Assembly (NCBI GenBank): GCA_964035545.1
Contig: OZ037766.1
Span: 11,150,722-11,214,721, forward strand
Source: Bugula neritina
Taxonomy: Eukaryota > Animalia > Bryozoa
DNA: 64,000 bases
Direction: 5' to 3'
The notes under the pieces are model-generated. The model was not told the origin of the DNA. It made no database searches and saw only the letters and a program-made list of their open reading frames with translations. Shown one piece after another: positions 19,032 through 33,266 of this stretch (position 1 is the stretch's first letter; each line of letters opens with the position of its first letter). The translations under genes were made by a program, and so were the position numbers.

Positions 19032-22000
19032 TCACATTTCAGTTTCAATCCTTTGCCGAGTCATGCTAACAATATTCTGCATGGCTTCAGGTTTCAACAT
19101 TTCATAAAGCTAAAAATAGATTACAGCTATTAGATATTACGTTACATATATTATATAGTTAACCCATTGAGCTGCGGCACTTCAACTGTGAATGTTAGCA
19201 AAAAAGCTAACAGAATTAAACTTACTACTCAAGTTGCATGATTTTAAGATATGACAATAAGATAGCAAATTTTTGAAAATTTCGTTCATACAGCAAGTAA
19301 CGACCAGATCTAAATGAATATCATTACCTGATATTGTGAAGATGCTTCATAAGCGTAGTATACACTTGTATCGTAAAGCATCATTTTATATTGAGCCAAA
19401 CACAGAATAGAGTTTCGCATACGCACCATAGCTTCACGCTCTTGCTCACTAATAGGCTGTAATGAAGACAAATGAAAAAAGTAACATTTTTTGACACAGC
19501 TTTAAACATTCTGGTTACGATTCTAGACTCAAGAGTAAGCATAACCAAATTATCTCACCAGCAACTGACTGCAATTATACAAACTGCTCCTGCATGCCTA
19601 AGGCTGTCCAAAAAATGAAATGCAAAACTAAAGCTATTTTTAATTTCAATTTTCATAAAGTACCAAGAGTTGTCTTCTTTCGAGAACTTCAGAAAGACAA
19701 TTAAAAAGCAACTTGTTTCAGTAAGATTTTAGGGCACATATAAAATGTGCCCTACAAACAACTCAGCAACTTTATGCTAGGATCAACACAAGATGACCAA
19801 TAATTAGTTGATTTATATATTTTTCTACAAAAAGGGCAAACAAGAATAACTAAAGTCTTCAAATAACACTTTAGTTTTATTCAAAGAGTATACTAAAAAC
19901 AAAAGAACAAATTGCAGCAATGCATTTGCAAGCAGTGCAACATAATACCTACATCAAGTCTCTGAACAAATCCACCCTCGGCACCCTCACTAGACTGGAG
20001 AGGACATATCCATATGTACCCATTGTTTCCAAGAATCACCGTAACACCACACGGCAGATTATGGAAATGGTTTTTACATCTTTTCACTAATGATGGGCTA
20101 ACTTTCACAAGAATTCCTTGACCCAACTAAAATTCAAAAATATTTTGCTTAGTTAAAGATATTTATAAAGCACAATGAAACTTATCTAGAAATATTTTAT
20201 AAACGCCATCCAATGTAATACATGAACACATATATTTCTACCAAGCCAAGTTTGAATATAAATTTTAATTCTGTTCAAATCTAAACCTGGGCATCTATAC
20301 ATTACTGAATAAATACAAAAAACCAAATTAAATGCAGTTTTATTTAGCCCATGACATTCTACATAAAAAATACAAATAGATGCAAACTCCGAAAAACATA
20401 TAACACCAATTACATGTCCAGCCCTCATTTAAAACAAGTTCTAAACTTTTCCACGTATTTCAAAACATTTAATCAACGCTTGTAGAATTCATGAAAACCA
20501 AAACCAGCTCTAAAGAGGCAGCAACCTGTAGAATGACTTTTAAATATAACTATATAGTTGACACTCCCATATTTTACAAGATTCACTTTGCTTCTGCATA
20601 GCTACCTTGCCATACTTCAAGCTCCTAGTATGTAAAGATAGATGTCCATCACTGTACACAGTTTGCACCTCTGCACTGATTAGATCACCTTCCGACAAGT
20701 ACTCTCTCATCATCCGCTCATCTTCTTCGCTTCTTTTTCTCTAACCAACAAGCATTGTAGTAACATACAAGCGATGAATTAACTGATATAAAAAAAGAAA
20801 CTTTTTATAATTGATGAGAATAATGCCTATTATTGATACTTAGCCCCTGATAAAATATGACTTATCTTGAGTTTAAAGGCGGTAAGCTTCCAGGTTATTT
20901 ATTACATTTGAGCAAAAGTTTGCATGCTTTTCAACTGTTTTATCAGCATTTTATCCAATTTCTTATACGAAAACACTACAAAAATGTAAGTAAAAGTGGT
21001 CATATTAGGTGTCTTGGACTTGCCCAGACTTGCCCGCGAGCGTGCCCTCCGTGTCCTATTCTGACGTGGGGATGGCAAAATAGCCCTATTGTAGCGTGAG
21101 TTTATATCGCGTAAAGTTATTAAGAAGCGGGTTTGTCACAGATTCTCGTTATTCGTAGTTCAAATCACATGAATGTTACTCTTCGGGCGGCTACTAATAA
21201 CTAACGTTAGCTACGCAACATCAAGAAAGGTAACTAATTTGACTGTTTTCAAATGGACTATTCCATTTCGCTAGTTTGTAACTTGCTGTAAATCACAAAA
21301 TAATTATTTTCCCTATTTTAATTTCAATTATCATGTCGACCACACTACCAGAAAATTACTCTTAAATATGCAGTAAATGATGATTTTCAACCGTTTTGTG
21401 ATGAATTATAGGTTAGTAGTTGTCTACGTAAAACCAAGTTTTAAAATTTGTAACTGAATCAGTGAAACTAAATCACAGTATCAGTATGACTATGAGTATC
21501 ACTAGTCTATCACTATGACTATGAGTATGTCTATGACTCTCACTCTAACTCTAAGTCTATGACTGTCGCCTATTGGTGAACTATTATTAATAATATTCAA
21601 TGGTTATATTTATTAATACTATTATCAGTCATAATGATAATCATAATCATATGACAGTATCAGTTACGGAGCAGAATCAGTTTCGAAACTATTACTTATA
21701 ATATTAGTTATAACTATAAGTATAAGTTATACCAATAGCTATATTTATATTAATATAAATATTTATATTCATAGTAATACTAATAACAAATGTAAAATTA
21801 TTATGTTAATAGTTATACTTGTAAGTTATAATATAAAACAAACGACACAAGTATTAATTTGAACTGCTGGTCTTAAAATAAAAAGTAAAATAAATAATAA
21901 TATAAATAATAAAATATAAATTATAATAATTTAATTATACTAATACTAATAGCAATACTTATACAGTAATATAATTATAATAAATTTATAAAATTTAAAC

Positions 22001-25000
22001 AACTTTAAATTTAAGGAACAACTTTAAATACAAACAAAGATAATATTAAATAATTATAATCATAATGATCATAACAATAAATATAATTATGATTCCAATA
22101 ATTATCAATATATTATATAATATTTAAATTATTTTAATTTATAATTATAATCATAAATTGTATAGTTATAGTGAATAAATTCAATTTGACATAACTATAA
22201 TATTATAAAGCAGTCAGCCTATCTCTAATTCTGATTGAAATTCAGATTGTTATGACTGTATCATTATTCACTAACTCTAAGAGTAAGTGGCTACAATTAT
22301 TAGTATCAATGTTGTGTTAGAGTACTATACCCATTGGAATTTTGATATATCCATTATATTTACAACTCTGCCTGTTACAGCTATTAATAAATTGAACCAA
22401 AATACCAACAGTGCCTAATCATCGCCTTATTTATAAAATAATCACAATCATAATGCTCAAGTTAATAGATTGGAAATTATTGAAAATTATGTTGATGCCA
22501 ATATAAATATGACATTGTATGCATCCAAGTAGTGATGTTGTAATATATCTTGGAAGATAATTACATTATAATAAGAGTTAAATTCCTCTAAGTAACTTTT
22601 TTGCAATTATTCCTTAGAATAACTATAACTTATACTCCTAACATTTAATAGCGCATTAGTTTTAGATTGAGCTACTAATTGTATTTATTGCATGTGAAAG
22701 TTAGTTATTCTCCGCCAGCTGCATGAATGTGACTGGTAAATTTTGTAACCTTTGGCAGTAATAACTTTGTAGCATAAATTAGACACATTTTTATGAAAAT
22801 ACATAATTTTAATGCTATAGCTGCTAGTAATTCTAATGGGTGTAATAATATTACTTTCACCAGCATTAATTTTTACTTTGTTCATGCTTCATAAAGCGTT
22901 TTCTAAATTCTTTTTTGAATAAATATACATATAATGTGCTGAATAGATTACATATGTTGGGGTTCTTCCTATACTGCAGCTCAGCCTACACTCCCCGCCA
23001 CAAATGTTCCTAAACTACTAGCTTCATCAGGATACAGATTGATGGAGCTGTATTGATAAAAACTTCTCTTTTTAGCAGTAGAGGCATCATGAAAAAAAGG
23101 CAAGTATTTTACTCAATAAGAATTCGGTTTTTTACTTCTACAAATTTGATAGCCTACACGATTCTATTTAAATGGAAACTGGTCTGACATAATGTGTCTG
23201 CAATTTATTAGTTATAATATAGTAAATACTATGCAGGCCTATAGATCAAATGGCTCAAAAAAAATTAAATAAAACATTACACAATGCTGTATTTATTAGC
23301 AATGTAATACTTAGCAACTAATTTCACATTATCATTGTTTGCAAAGTTTTATATATCTACATATGTTTGTTCAATTCAGTGTTCTGAAGTAGAAGGTTCC
23401 AACAGCAGGGAAAAGCCTTGAACAAGATATTATGTTCTACATCTCCAACTCATTTTAACTTTGCTGGTCAGTTCATTGTGTATCTGGAGCATAGTTTTGT
23501 ATTTTCAAGTAGTCCATCAGATACCTTTGTAGGTAGTAAAGATTAAAATGTTTGTGCAATGATGTCCATAATGTTGAACTGATTTATTGAAACTAAAACT
23601 GTTCTTAATTATAACAAAACTTGACAATCTTTACATAAAGAATAATGTCCTATAATCTATCTTCATTGTAAACAAAATTAGAAAGTTCCACATCAGCAAA
23701 TTGTTTATCATCATCTGTAGGTGGAAGAAGCTTGCACTCAGTTATAAAGGCAAGCTGACGGTGGTTTTCTTTGCCTTCTATGAAGATTTGGAAAGAGCCA
23801 GAAAATTAATACTCTATAACTGCAAAACCATGTTGTAGTGTCTTGTGTTATTGATTGAATCATCTAAAAGAAAAATTGTTGTATCATTATAATTTTACTG
23901 TTAATGAATTAGCAAATCTACTTATCTTGGTAAATATATTCAAGAACAAATACTATAGTGTAACTCAGTTTTGGTTATGTGTATGCTCCTTAAGCAAATT
24001 TACAGCAGATATCAAACTATATATTAGAGACTGATATAGGAATTAAATTTAAGCTAACCATGATGATGTAAATAGCTGTTGTATGTGACTTCGAGAACTC
24101 TGCTGGCCATGTCAGTTCAAATACACCAGGGTGATCTGTTACGAATTTCATGTCATTATTGAAATTCAGCTTTTTCAAGTGCCTCTTCACAACTCTGGCA
24201 GCATTCTGACTGCTCCTTAGCTTTCTGCGCCTGAAATTTCTTCTACTTGCACCATTCTTCTATTGGTGGAATGTTAGCCTATAACAAACAGGTGTACCAA
24301 AGCTAAAAAAATATCTAATTCACTGCACTAGGATATTATTCAACTCATTTAAATTTAACATATAGCAGTAAAACAATCACATAATTGTTTTTATTTTATC
24401 AGCTTTACTTTACAAAGCTGAACCATATAATTTAGTAACTTGTCACCATAATAAACTTTGTACAACATACAAATTGAAAACCTGATGTGATTGCTTTTTT
24501 AATAGAATATACATCAAAAACATGTTACTTTGATAAGCGTGTTTATAATAAAAGTATTAAACCAGTTTGAAAAGATTATTTTGTTATATAAGGGATCACA
24601 AAACTACATCATTTTAGACCTGTAGCTCAATGTTCCTCAAGCAACGGGCTGCTATGACTAATTAATTTTCTATCATTGCATTTGATTGTTCTACTCATAG
24701 TGTATTGGCGAATTAAAATTATTGGTAATTTAATGTATATTTTAGCTACCTCTGTACAATCAATGTCATAGTAATATCAATTAGGTTTTAAATTTCACTG
24801 AGTTTATAGTAAATTACTGCAACCGTTACATAACATTTGGCTAGTTCTCTAGTTCATTAAATAACCATACGAACTTAAATTTACAACATGACAAAACACA
24901 CAAAGCAAAATTAAAATAAGCATATTATGAACCAATGTAAATGATAAGCGATAATGCTGTTATAAAACATAAATTATCAAATTGAAATAGTTATTATTAC

Positions 25001-27753
25001 TATTAGTATTACTATCATTATAACAACTATAACTATTATTAGTATTACTATTACTATTAGTATTAGTATTAGCAAATTAGTAGTAAAAAATGAGTAGAGC
25101 TCAACATATACAATCTAGCTTACTATAAAAGTAGAAGTAGAACTTTTAAAACTATCATCTGCATCATTATCAGAACTATGAGTAATACTAGTAGTTGTAC
25201 TAATAGTAATACTAATTATTAATACTAATAGTATCACTATGAGTATGAGACTTGGGCTGGCAGTGATTATCAGTATCAGCATCGTCATAGTCAAAAGTTA
25301 CAAGAATTAGAAGCCATATTCATATTCATAGTAATAGTCAATCATTGATTGAGTTAATGTCATAGTGATACTCATACTCATAATTAATTTATACGATACT
25401 CATACTCATAGTGATAGTGATACTTCACCGTGAATTTAATAATAATTTTAATTTAATATAAATAATAAAATATTATTATTAATATTATCATTGTTGCTAA
25501 TATTATGTCTTACTCTTAGTCTAACAGCAGCTCTATGAAGAAGTTAAACATAACTGATAAAACAAATTTCAAAAATAATACTGCAACAATCAATATAATG
25601 TATATCAAATTCAATATGCTAGCAACCTAATTTTCAGCTCACTTCATTAACTTTCCGTGCAGTATTGTGAATTGTGATGAAATAAATTTATTAATGGTGA
25701 CCTTGACATCTTCGTCCAAATGCCTTTCACGTCAAGCCCCGAACCAATTTGTAAAAATTTTGGATTTTTTACTTTTGATTATTTTTTACGAAAAGAGCTT
25801 CAAAATAAATTTAAAAAAAAGTGAGCTGTTGTCCACATGAAAAGAAATATATGAGCTAATTTTCTAAATTCAGGAAGTTACCAGAGGGTCACAATATTTT
25901 TTTAAAAAAATCTTTATTTTCACGACAAGCTCTATATATTAATATAGAAAAAAAGAAGACAACTCTTTTTTCAGATTTTTCATGTGCCACGGTCACGTCA
26001 ATATCAGTGCTATTAACACATATATTTTAATTCATTTTTTCTGGTATATTGAGTTGAGATTTTTTGTATATATTTTGTGAATGCTACTAAAAAAGTATGA
26101 TCTTTTAATTAACAGTAATTGATTTTATCAAAATAACCTGGATGCTTACGATGTTTAAGGAAATAACAAAAAGTTGTCAAATAGCAAACCAAACAATATA
26201 GTTTATGCCATTCTATAATATTTCTAAAGAGTAGTATTTATACAATCTATTATATAACATACTTCATCAGTTAAATCACACCTGCAAATATTTCATAATT
26301 GAAATTGAAATTAAGAAAATATATATGAAAAACTTTTAGAACTAGTTGCTTTTAGAAAAAAGACAATAAAGAAAAATTAACCTAAACTTGCATACAACAC
26401 AATGTGTTTCATTTACTACATAGTAGCATTGCTAGGCTGGGTTAAAGGTTTTTATTAGAACTAATTTTTTAATATCTTAGAATTAAAGCATATGAAAGAC
26501 ATTGAATTAACTGAAATCACTTTTTGCTAACTTGAAAAAAGATAATCAAAACTTGTAACAAAGGAATCTTTACAAGGTTTGAGTTACAGATTCCATTACA
26601 TTTTAGCAAGAGTACACAACTTGAACAAAATCATATCATTTCATGGTAAAATATACAAAACTGCTTCTCTGCTTATATAGTTACTGAGTCTTATCTAATT
26701 CTAATTTAAGAGCTTGTAATTTTCACTATCAATTACTAAAAATTGCACTTGATAATAAACTAAATAATACACTTAAATATTTTTGCAAGTTCTTGTTTAT
26801 GTAATTCTTAAATAAGAAGACTTCGGAAAATTTTTCAACATTTTACTAAAAAACTCATGAGTGGGCAACTGTGCGGTGACTATCAATATGCGAATTAAAG
26901 TGTTTAACTACCGAATAATTGACTTGTCCCAAATTATTGTGATTGTCAAATGATTTTTTCCTAAGTTAAACTGTTGCACAAGATTAACATTGTACATCGA
27001 GTCAGGAAAAATAACTGTAACTGCGTCTCACCAATTCTCCACCCGGGAGATTGACACAAGATAGAAGTAAGACGGAGTCCAACACTGTGTGGGCATCTAC
27101 TTTCCAACGCTTGTTGCCAACTTCTGTAATTCGGCCAATCACCACATCTCCAACTTCACCAATATACCTGAGGAGTACACACAGTATTGAAAGTACACTG
27201 CAGAGCAGCAACAAAGCGATGAACAATTCTGCTAGTTGATTCTGCACAAAAAACTGTGAGTTTAAAAAAAACCTATGCTTTTACAAACTGCATGCGAACA
27301 CAAGTAGTTAAAAAAGGACTGTTAAATTAACTGTTTTGACTATACTAACCTGGTTTTTAAAGGACGAACACATATTAATTTGTTCACCCTTTCAACACAT
27401 CCAGCAACAGACGCTAAAATTTTTCCTTCATCAACATCAAAATATGTGCCATGACCTCTGAAATTAATACAATTTTTATTGATAAGTGACACGTTTCAAC
27501 AACATAATTAATAAATTTATAGACAAACAATTTTTCACAAACTGAAGATAGCATCTAAACAACAACATCTAAACAACAATTAAATTTACAGAGAAGAATA
27601 TTAATATACCAATAGGTAGCAACAATTGCTAGACCTCATATAGCCCGAGTCCTTTGAAATCAAATCTCCGGGATTAACCTGGTGCATTGTTTTATCAGAA
27701 GGTAGAACAGCTCTAGATTTTCTGTTGGCAGCTAACCGTATATTGAACTCCAT
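19032..27753 (-). CDS. EXOSC2: Exosome complex component RRP4, 7 coding exons (27753-27635, 27457-27350, 27167-27032, 20740-20606, 20126-19953, 19456-19328, 19109-19032), 292 aa
   Basis: MRGHGTY...ASVAGCVERVNKLICVRPLKTRYIGEVGDVVIGRITEV...RWKVD...NLPGGELRKRSEEDE...LHTRSLKYGKLGQGILV...ILGNNGYIW; exon phases are consistent. Confidence 0.96.
20850..26000. pseudogene. Probable old transposon-derived insertion with decayed exon-like coding segments in EXOSC2 intron 3; boundaries unresolved
   Basis: The intron is 6.3 kb versus 0.2-0.5 kb for the gene's other introns. There are CpG-richer patches at ~21030-21230 and ~25700-26000, and - strand AG..GT-bounded segments (~24280-24060, ~23865-23400) with long reading stretches broken by stops. 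Confidence 0.45.
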
Positions 27754-29150
27754 TGTATCCTACCTAGACTGCTGTAAACAAAAATTGACAAAAATCTTGA
27801 TTAACCAATGCATTATATGTAGAATAATAAAAAAAGACCAAAACTTATTAATTATATTGGCATTACTAATTAAATTGAAATTGGCAGCCTGTTTTTACTT
27901 ACATCATATCAGTCTAAATGTGACAGCATTTTGATGGCTGCAAACCAATCAGTTTAGTAAAGGGCAAAAGTATAGACTGTGGTAGAACTTTTAACATTGT
28001 TTTAAATTTCAATTCAAAAGTTGTTATTGGCAATCATTTTTCTAGCAGTTCCTAATTCTTATCTAATGATGATCAGCTCTACTAACATTACATATGTGAC
28101 ATTAAGTTTAGCATAGTGACACACATGCTCTTATTGAATAAACTTTTTTATTGAATTCAATATTTATTACTTATATTGTTCAATTAGTATTACTATTTAT
28201 CTTATAGTATAAGTTATGAAATAGTAAGACTAAGAGCCTAAGAGTGAGAGGTAAGACTAAGAGGTAATTCAATTTGATAATGATAGGCAACATTCATTTT
28301 CAATTAAGATTATTGGTAATGATATGAAAAATAAATAGTATAATAATCATTATAATCACCGTTGAGCATAATGATAATGATAACTCTAATTAAAACATTA
28401 TTAATCACACCACAAATTAAAATAACAACTATAAGTATATAGTATTAGTATATAGTCATAATTATCATGGTTATCATTATGATTATTTATTAATAATAAT
28501 TATAATATTATAATTATATCAGCATCTTCATTTTGTTTTAAAAATAAACAGAATTATTATTATATTATTTTAATGTTATTTAAACTTTAAACATTATAAT
28601 AATTTAAATTATCATAAATAATAAATATGAATATCATTATCAAATATCAATATCATAATTATTAATCTAAATTTTGAAAATATACGTTTACAGTTTAATT
28701 GTTCAATTATTTACAAAGCAAAGGCTAGCATAATTCATTTGATCAATTTTTTAAAAATAATATTAATAACATTTTCATTTTTATTTTAAATGTTTAGATG
28801 TAATAGCAGCATGGGGAAAACCCGCCAGTGCCATGGCTGCCATGGTTGTAGACTGATATTTTATAGGTTGCATACTGCATACTAGTTACAATACTTATAT
28901 GTAAACAGACTGCCCTGTGGTTATTATGGAGGTTTTCCGAACAAACAAATGTGCTTTCACTCAGTCTATTCACGTTTATTCTCTCGCGGTGAAATTTCGA
29001 TCAGCCATAATTATTGCCTTTGATTATTTGGAGCTATCACCGTAACCTTTCTAATTGATGAACTTTGGGAAATCAAGTAAATACAACCTATTAAATTTAA
29101 ACACCATCCCAATTCAGATTTCTCAGACATCAAGGGACCGTTATTTTGAA

Positions 29151-32100
29151 ATGAGTGACCGAGAGGTATGCATCCTGAACCTGTAAAACTAGAACATCAT
29201 CATCATGATCAAGTTCAACACGAAGTGAACATCAACATGTCCTCGAGTGATCATGATTTTTTTTAACTCAAATTGAAATTAAAATTTAATTTCATAGTAA
29301 TAGTCGTGTTGTTATTAATATATTTACCATTTTTTGTTAATTTGATTGTCAAAAATATTACTAATCTTAGGTAAAAGTTTAAGGAATTGAAAGTTTAAAT
29401 AAAAATCAAAATGTCAGTATGAGTATCAGTATGACTGTATGACTATGAGTATGAATATCACAACGACTCACGAGTCATGTTGATGTTCTGTGTTCATGTT
29501 GACAATTGTCATTGAAATTTAAAGTTATAGTTATGCTCGTAGGGCACTACACGAGCAATTGAAGTTGTTAAATTAATGGTATTAATTATGATAATCATTG
29601 TTATCACTCTTAGTTTTATTGTTTAAATTATACAATTTGAATTATATCTATTTTAAATTCGTATTTCACTGTTTTAAATTTGGCATTGGCTGTGCATGAT
29701 GTTACTGTTAGTGTGGCATTTCAAATTGGTATCTTCAATTGACAGCCTGAGTGTGAGTTTGACTTTGAATTTTTGCAGTGAACTGGTATCAATATGAATA
29801 TAAGAGTCAGTATGACATTGGACTTGGTGTTTTTTGTTTGTTATAATAACCTAATATAAATAAGTGATTAGGCTAACAGTAACAGACACACTCACCGCAA
29901 GTAATTAACTTTTGCAATAGTTATCAATAATAATTACATAATTTATTACAGATTAACTCGATCAAAAGTGTAAAATCTGAGCTTTGTTGATAATGACATT
30001 TTCAAACTTGAAAACAAATTTCAATGTATAAAGTCAAAGATAATTTTGGTTTTGCAAAGGCTCACTCATGCAAGCCCAATCAATTATAGATAATTGCATT
30101 TCAAGGACTCTTGCATCTAAAGTTATAAAAAATACATAGAAGTACGGTCTAAGTTTTATAGAGTTTTTTAAATTTTTTCAGGATGTTCATTTCCATTGAA
30201 AAAATTTCAAAAAGCTTTTTTCTAAAAAATTCCCTTTTCAAAAACAAACAAATAGCTACAGCAATTTATCCTGTTCACGTCGTAGATCAAATAAAACATA
30301 TAAATATCATGGTAATTGTTTTTTTCATGTGGCTGATCTCTTTCCAGTAATAGCTTGAGTGTATCTAGATTCTAGTATCATAACTGTCAACTATAATGAA
30401 TACCAAAATTGTATAAGTTATCATTTATTTGTAGTTTAAAGACTTTAGTATATCTCTTCTCATTGAATCAGTGCGTTTCTTTATACATTTATATTGTGTG
30501 TTTACTTGAACAAAGTTTCCAAAACAACAAACCTAGAAGTTTTTGTCTATTTAATAAATATTGCGCTTCAATAAATTTGCTGATTTATATTGTCAATGTT
30601 AACTTTATAGGACCGCCGATCTAACAGTCGCTCAAGGACGCGATCCAGGTCTAGAAAACGATCGGTTAGTCGTGGTGCGAGATCATACAGTAGATCTAGG
30701 TATAAATGTTATACTTTTTAATTTGTTAATCCATTTTTCTTTGAATGCTTTTCATGTGTCTTTGTTACTTTTTGTGTCCTTTGTTATTATCACAAAAGAT
30801 AAAAGTAGGCTGGCTTTAAACAAGAGGGTATATTCTTGGATATAATAAAAGGTTGAAAGTGTCAACTCAAATTACTGATACATAAATAATAAGTAATTGT
30901 TTTGCCCTTTCATGTCAGAGACTTTATTTTTGTAATACACCCAATCTTCAATGTTAGATGAATAGACGGAGTAAATTGTTTAAATTTTCCTAATATACCA
31001 ATAGTCCTATACTAGTCATTTAAAGAATTTTATCACTTGAAATATTTATGTGAATTTCAATTGGTTTTCTTATTTACAGATCACGAGATCGAAAGTCAAG
31101 AAGCAGATCTCGAAGGAGAAGGTAGACATACGTTTTGTATAACTTATCACTCTGTTGTGTTAATGACTCAAGGATGCAATCCAATTTTTATGCTGTTTAA
31201 TTTGTTTGAAAACACATATTTTAAATTTTGCTTATGCTTGCTACAAAGTTTTATGACAGATAATGTGTGCTAATACATTGGATTTTGCCAGGTTTTGTAA
31301 CTTTCTGTAAACAAAACGTTGGCTTGTTATTTCCAATCTTAAACTATATTGTGATATGTCATGTAAACCTTTGTGGTAGCATTGAGTGCGTTGGAATGAG
31401 TATGACTACTAAGTCGGAGATGTTGTATTTGAAGCTACTCAAGGAGCAGAAGCAGGAGTGCAGACAGGGGTGGCCGTGGAGGAAGACGTCCCAGAGATCG
31501 ATCTCACTCACCCATGTCTAGCAGACGTCGCCACCGAGGTAACCGGGATGACCCCGATCCTAATCGATGTGTCGGTGTGTTTGGCCTGAGTTTGGATACC
31601 CGAGAAAGGGAAATTGAGGTGAGGCTTACATGCAGCCATATTCAGAATTTATTATTCTCTAATACTCTCTCAGAATTTTATAAAACTTTCAACTTTTTAT
31701 GTTTATATGTTAATTATTTGAGATGTTGTTTTATTTGTATTTACAATATTTTGCATGGGTAATGTATTTGTAGGAGTTCTTTGGAAAATATGGCCGTATT
31801 GCAAACTGTCAACTAGTTCATGATAGACATTCTGGTAGATCAAGAGGCTTTGCTTTTGTTCATTTCGAAGATGTTGAGGATGCTATTGAGGTACAGCATG
31901 AGTTCCGGGATTTGAATAATTTATTTTGAGCTTTCATAAAAAAAACTTATTTCTTGTTCAGATTATATTAATGTTATGTATACAATGACTGTTGGCTGGT
32001 AGGCTAAAGAGAATAGTGCAGGAGTGGAGATTGATGGCAAGCCAATCCGAGTGGACTACTCTGTGACTGAGCGAGCTCACACACCTACGCCTGGAGTTTA

Positions 32101-32702
32101 CTTGGGTAAACCAACCACAAGGTAAACCTTTTAGTGTGTGAAGTTTTGTCTTATTTTTATACGAGAAGCTCTGTTGTTTTATTTTTGTAGAATTGTGCTT
32201 TCTGTATTCTAATTTTGTGAACTTTGAACTTGAACACAGTTTAAATTGAGCATGAATTTAAAACTAGGCCAAGCCGAGGATATGGTGGACGCTACGGAGG
32301 AGGAGGAGGAGGAGGAGGGAGTTATGGTGGATATGGAGGTCGATACAGCGGTGGTTACGGTCGAAGAAGGTCACCATCACCATACCGCAGGAGGTCTTAC
32401 GATAGACGGTCTCCCTCACCGTACAGAAGTCGAAGGTATTCAAGGTCAAGGAGCCGATCCTATTCCCCTAGTATGTATCATTTTGTCTAGCATAGAGGCT
32501 TTTTTGTGACCAATGTGTTACTAACAGCTTGCAGTAAATTAAGATCCAAGTTTATCGTGTTTGTTTTACTGTTGATATTTGATATCTAGTTTGATTTATT
32601 TGTTGAGAGCTAGGCTACTTTATAGGCTGATCTAAATCTTAATCAGTTTTCTACTTTCAGAACTTCTATCTCATATTTGTATTTTTTGCAGGGCGTTATT
32701 AG
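29151..32702 (+). CDS. TRA2B: Transformer-2 homolog (RS-RRM-RS), 8 coding exons (29151-29165, 30611-30699, 31080-31121, 31435-31618, 31774-31890, 32003-32121, 32268-32470, 32692-32702), 259 aa
   Basis: [34 protein letters not shown]1 [29 protein letters not shown], a Gly tract, and the C-terminus RSRSYSPRRY*. Assignment to the A or B paralogue is nominal for an invertebrate. Confidence 0.96.
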
Positions 32703-33070
32703 ACAATGCAAATACGCACTATTAGTAGTGGCTGCAGTCTGAAGCTTGCAAATTTTCTTGGGGGGAAAAAGAAAGTATTAGCGTGCCAGAAAATCTCTCC
32801 TATATGTAGTGAGAGGTATTGCATCATCATATAACAGTTACATTGTCAACTCAACTCCCTATTTAGTATTCGAAAGTTTCACAAAATGTAAATTTTTTTC
32901 TAATAAATGGCCACTTGTTGATCATTTATATTTCATGTATTCCTACATTGTGTAAATTTCTTTGCTCTTTCTCTTATGATCAATACATTTTTATCATTCT
33001 TTTTCTGTAAATATATGTTTGCCTGAACAACCAACCTACTATGCTGACTGTATCTATTCTCTTCTCTTAG

Positions 33071-33266
33071 AGAGAAAGAAGCTCTCGTAGAAGTAAGAAA
33101 ACTTATGGAAGAATTTATTGAATATGTTGAAGAGAGAAATAATGAATATGAAATGAAGAGAGAAAATATTGAATAGAAAATGAAGACTGAAAAATATATA
33201 TGTGGTGAATTTGATAGTTGAATTGACCACATTTAGGGAGGAAGTTATTTTGGAAATTATTTTAAG
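33071..33266 (+). promoter_or_regulatory. Candidate GAA-rich non-coding (3'UTR) alternative exon of TRA2
   Basis: Acceptor tattctcttctcttag followed by about 17 GAA motifs in ~125 nt. Candidate upstream donor at 32816, own weak donor at 33267, downstream acceptor at 33411. Confidence 0.6.

Noticed and set aside
21062-26000. TGACGTG..GGCA motifs as definitive TIRs of the EXOSC2 intron insertion
   Set aside because: The match is short and imperfect, there is no TSD, and the motif is also a common bZIP (CRE/UPRE-like) site.
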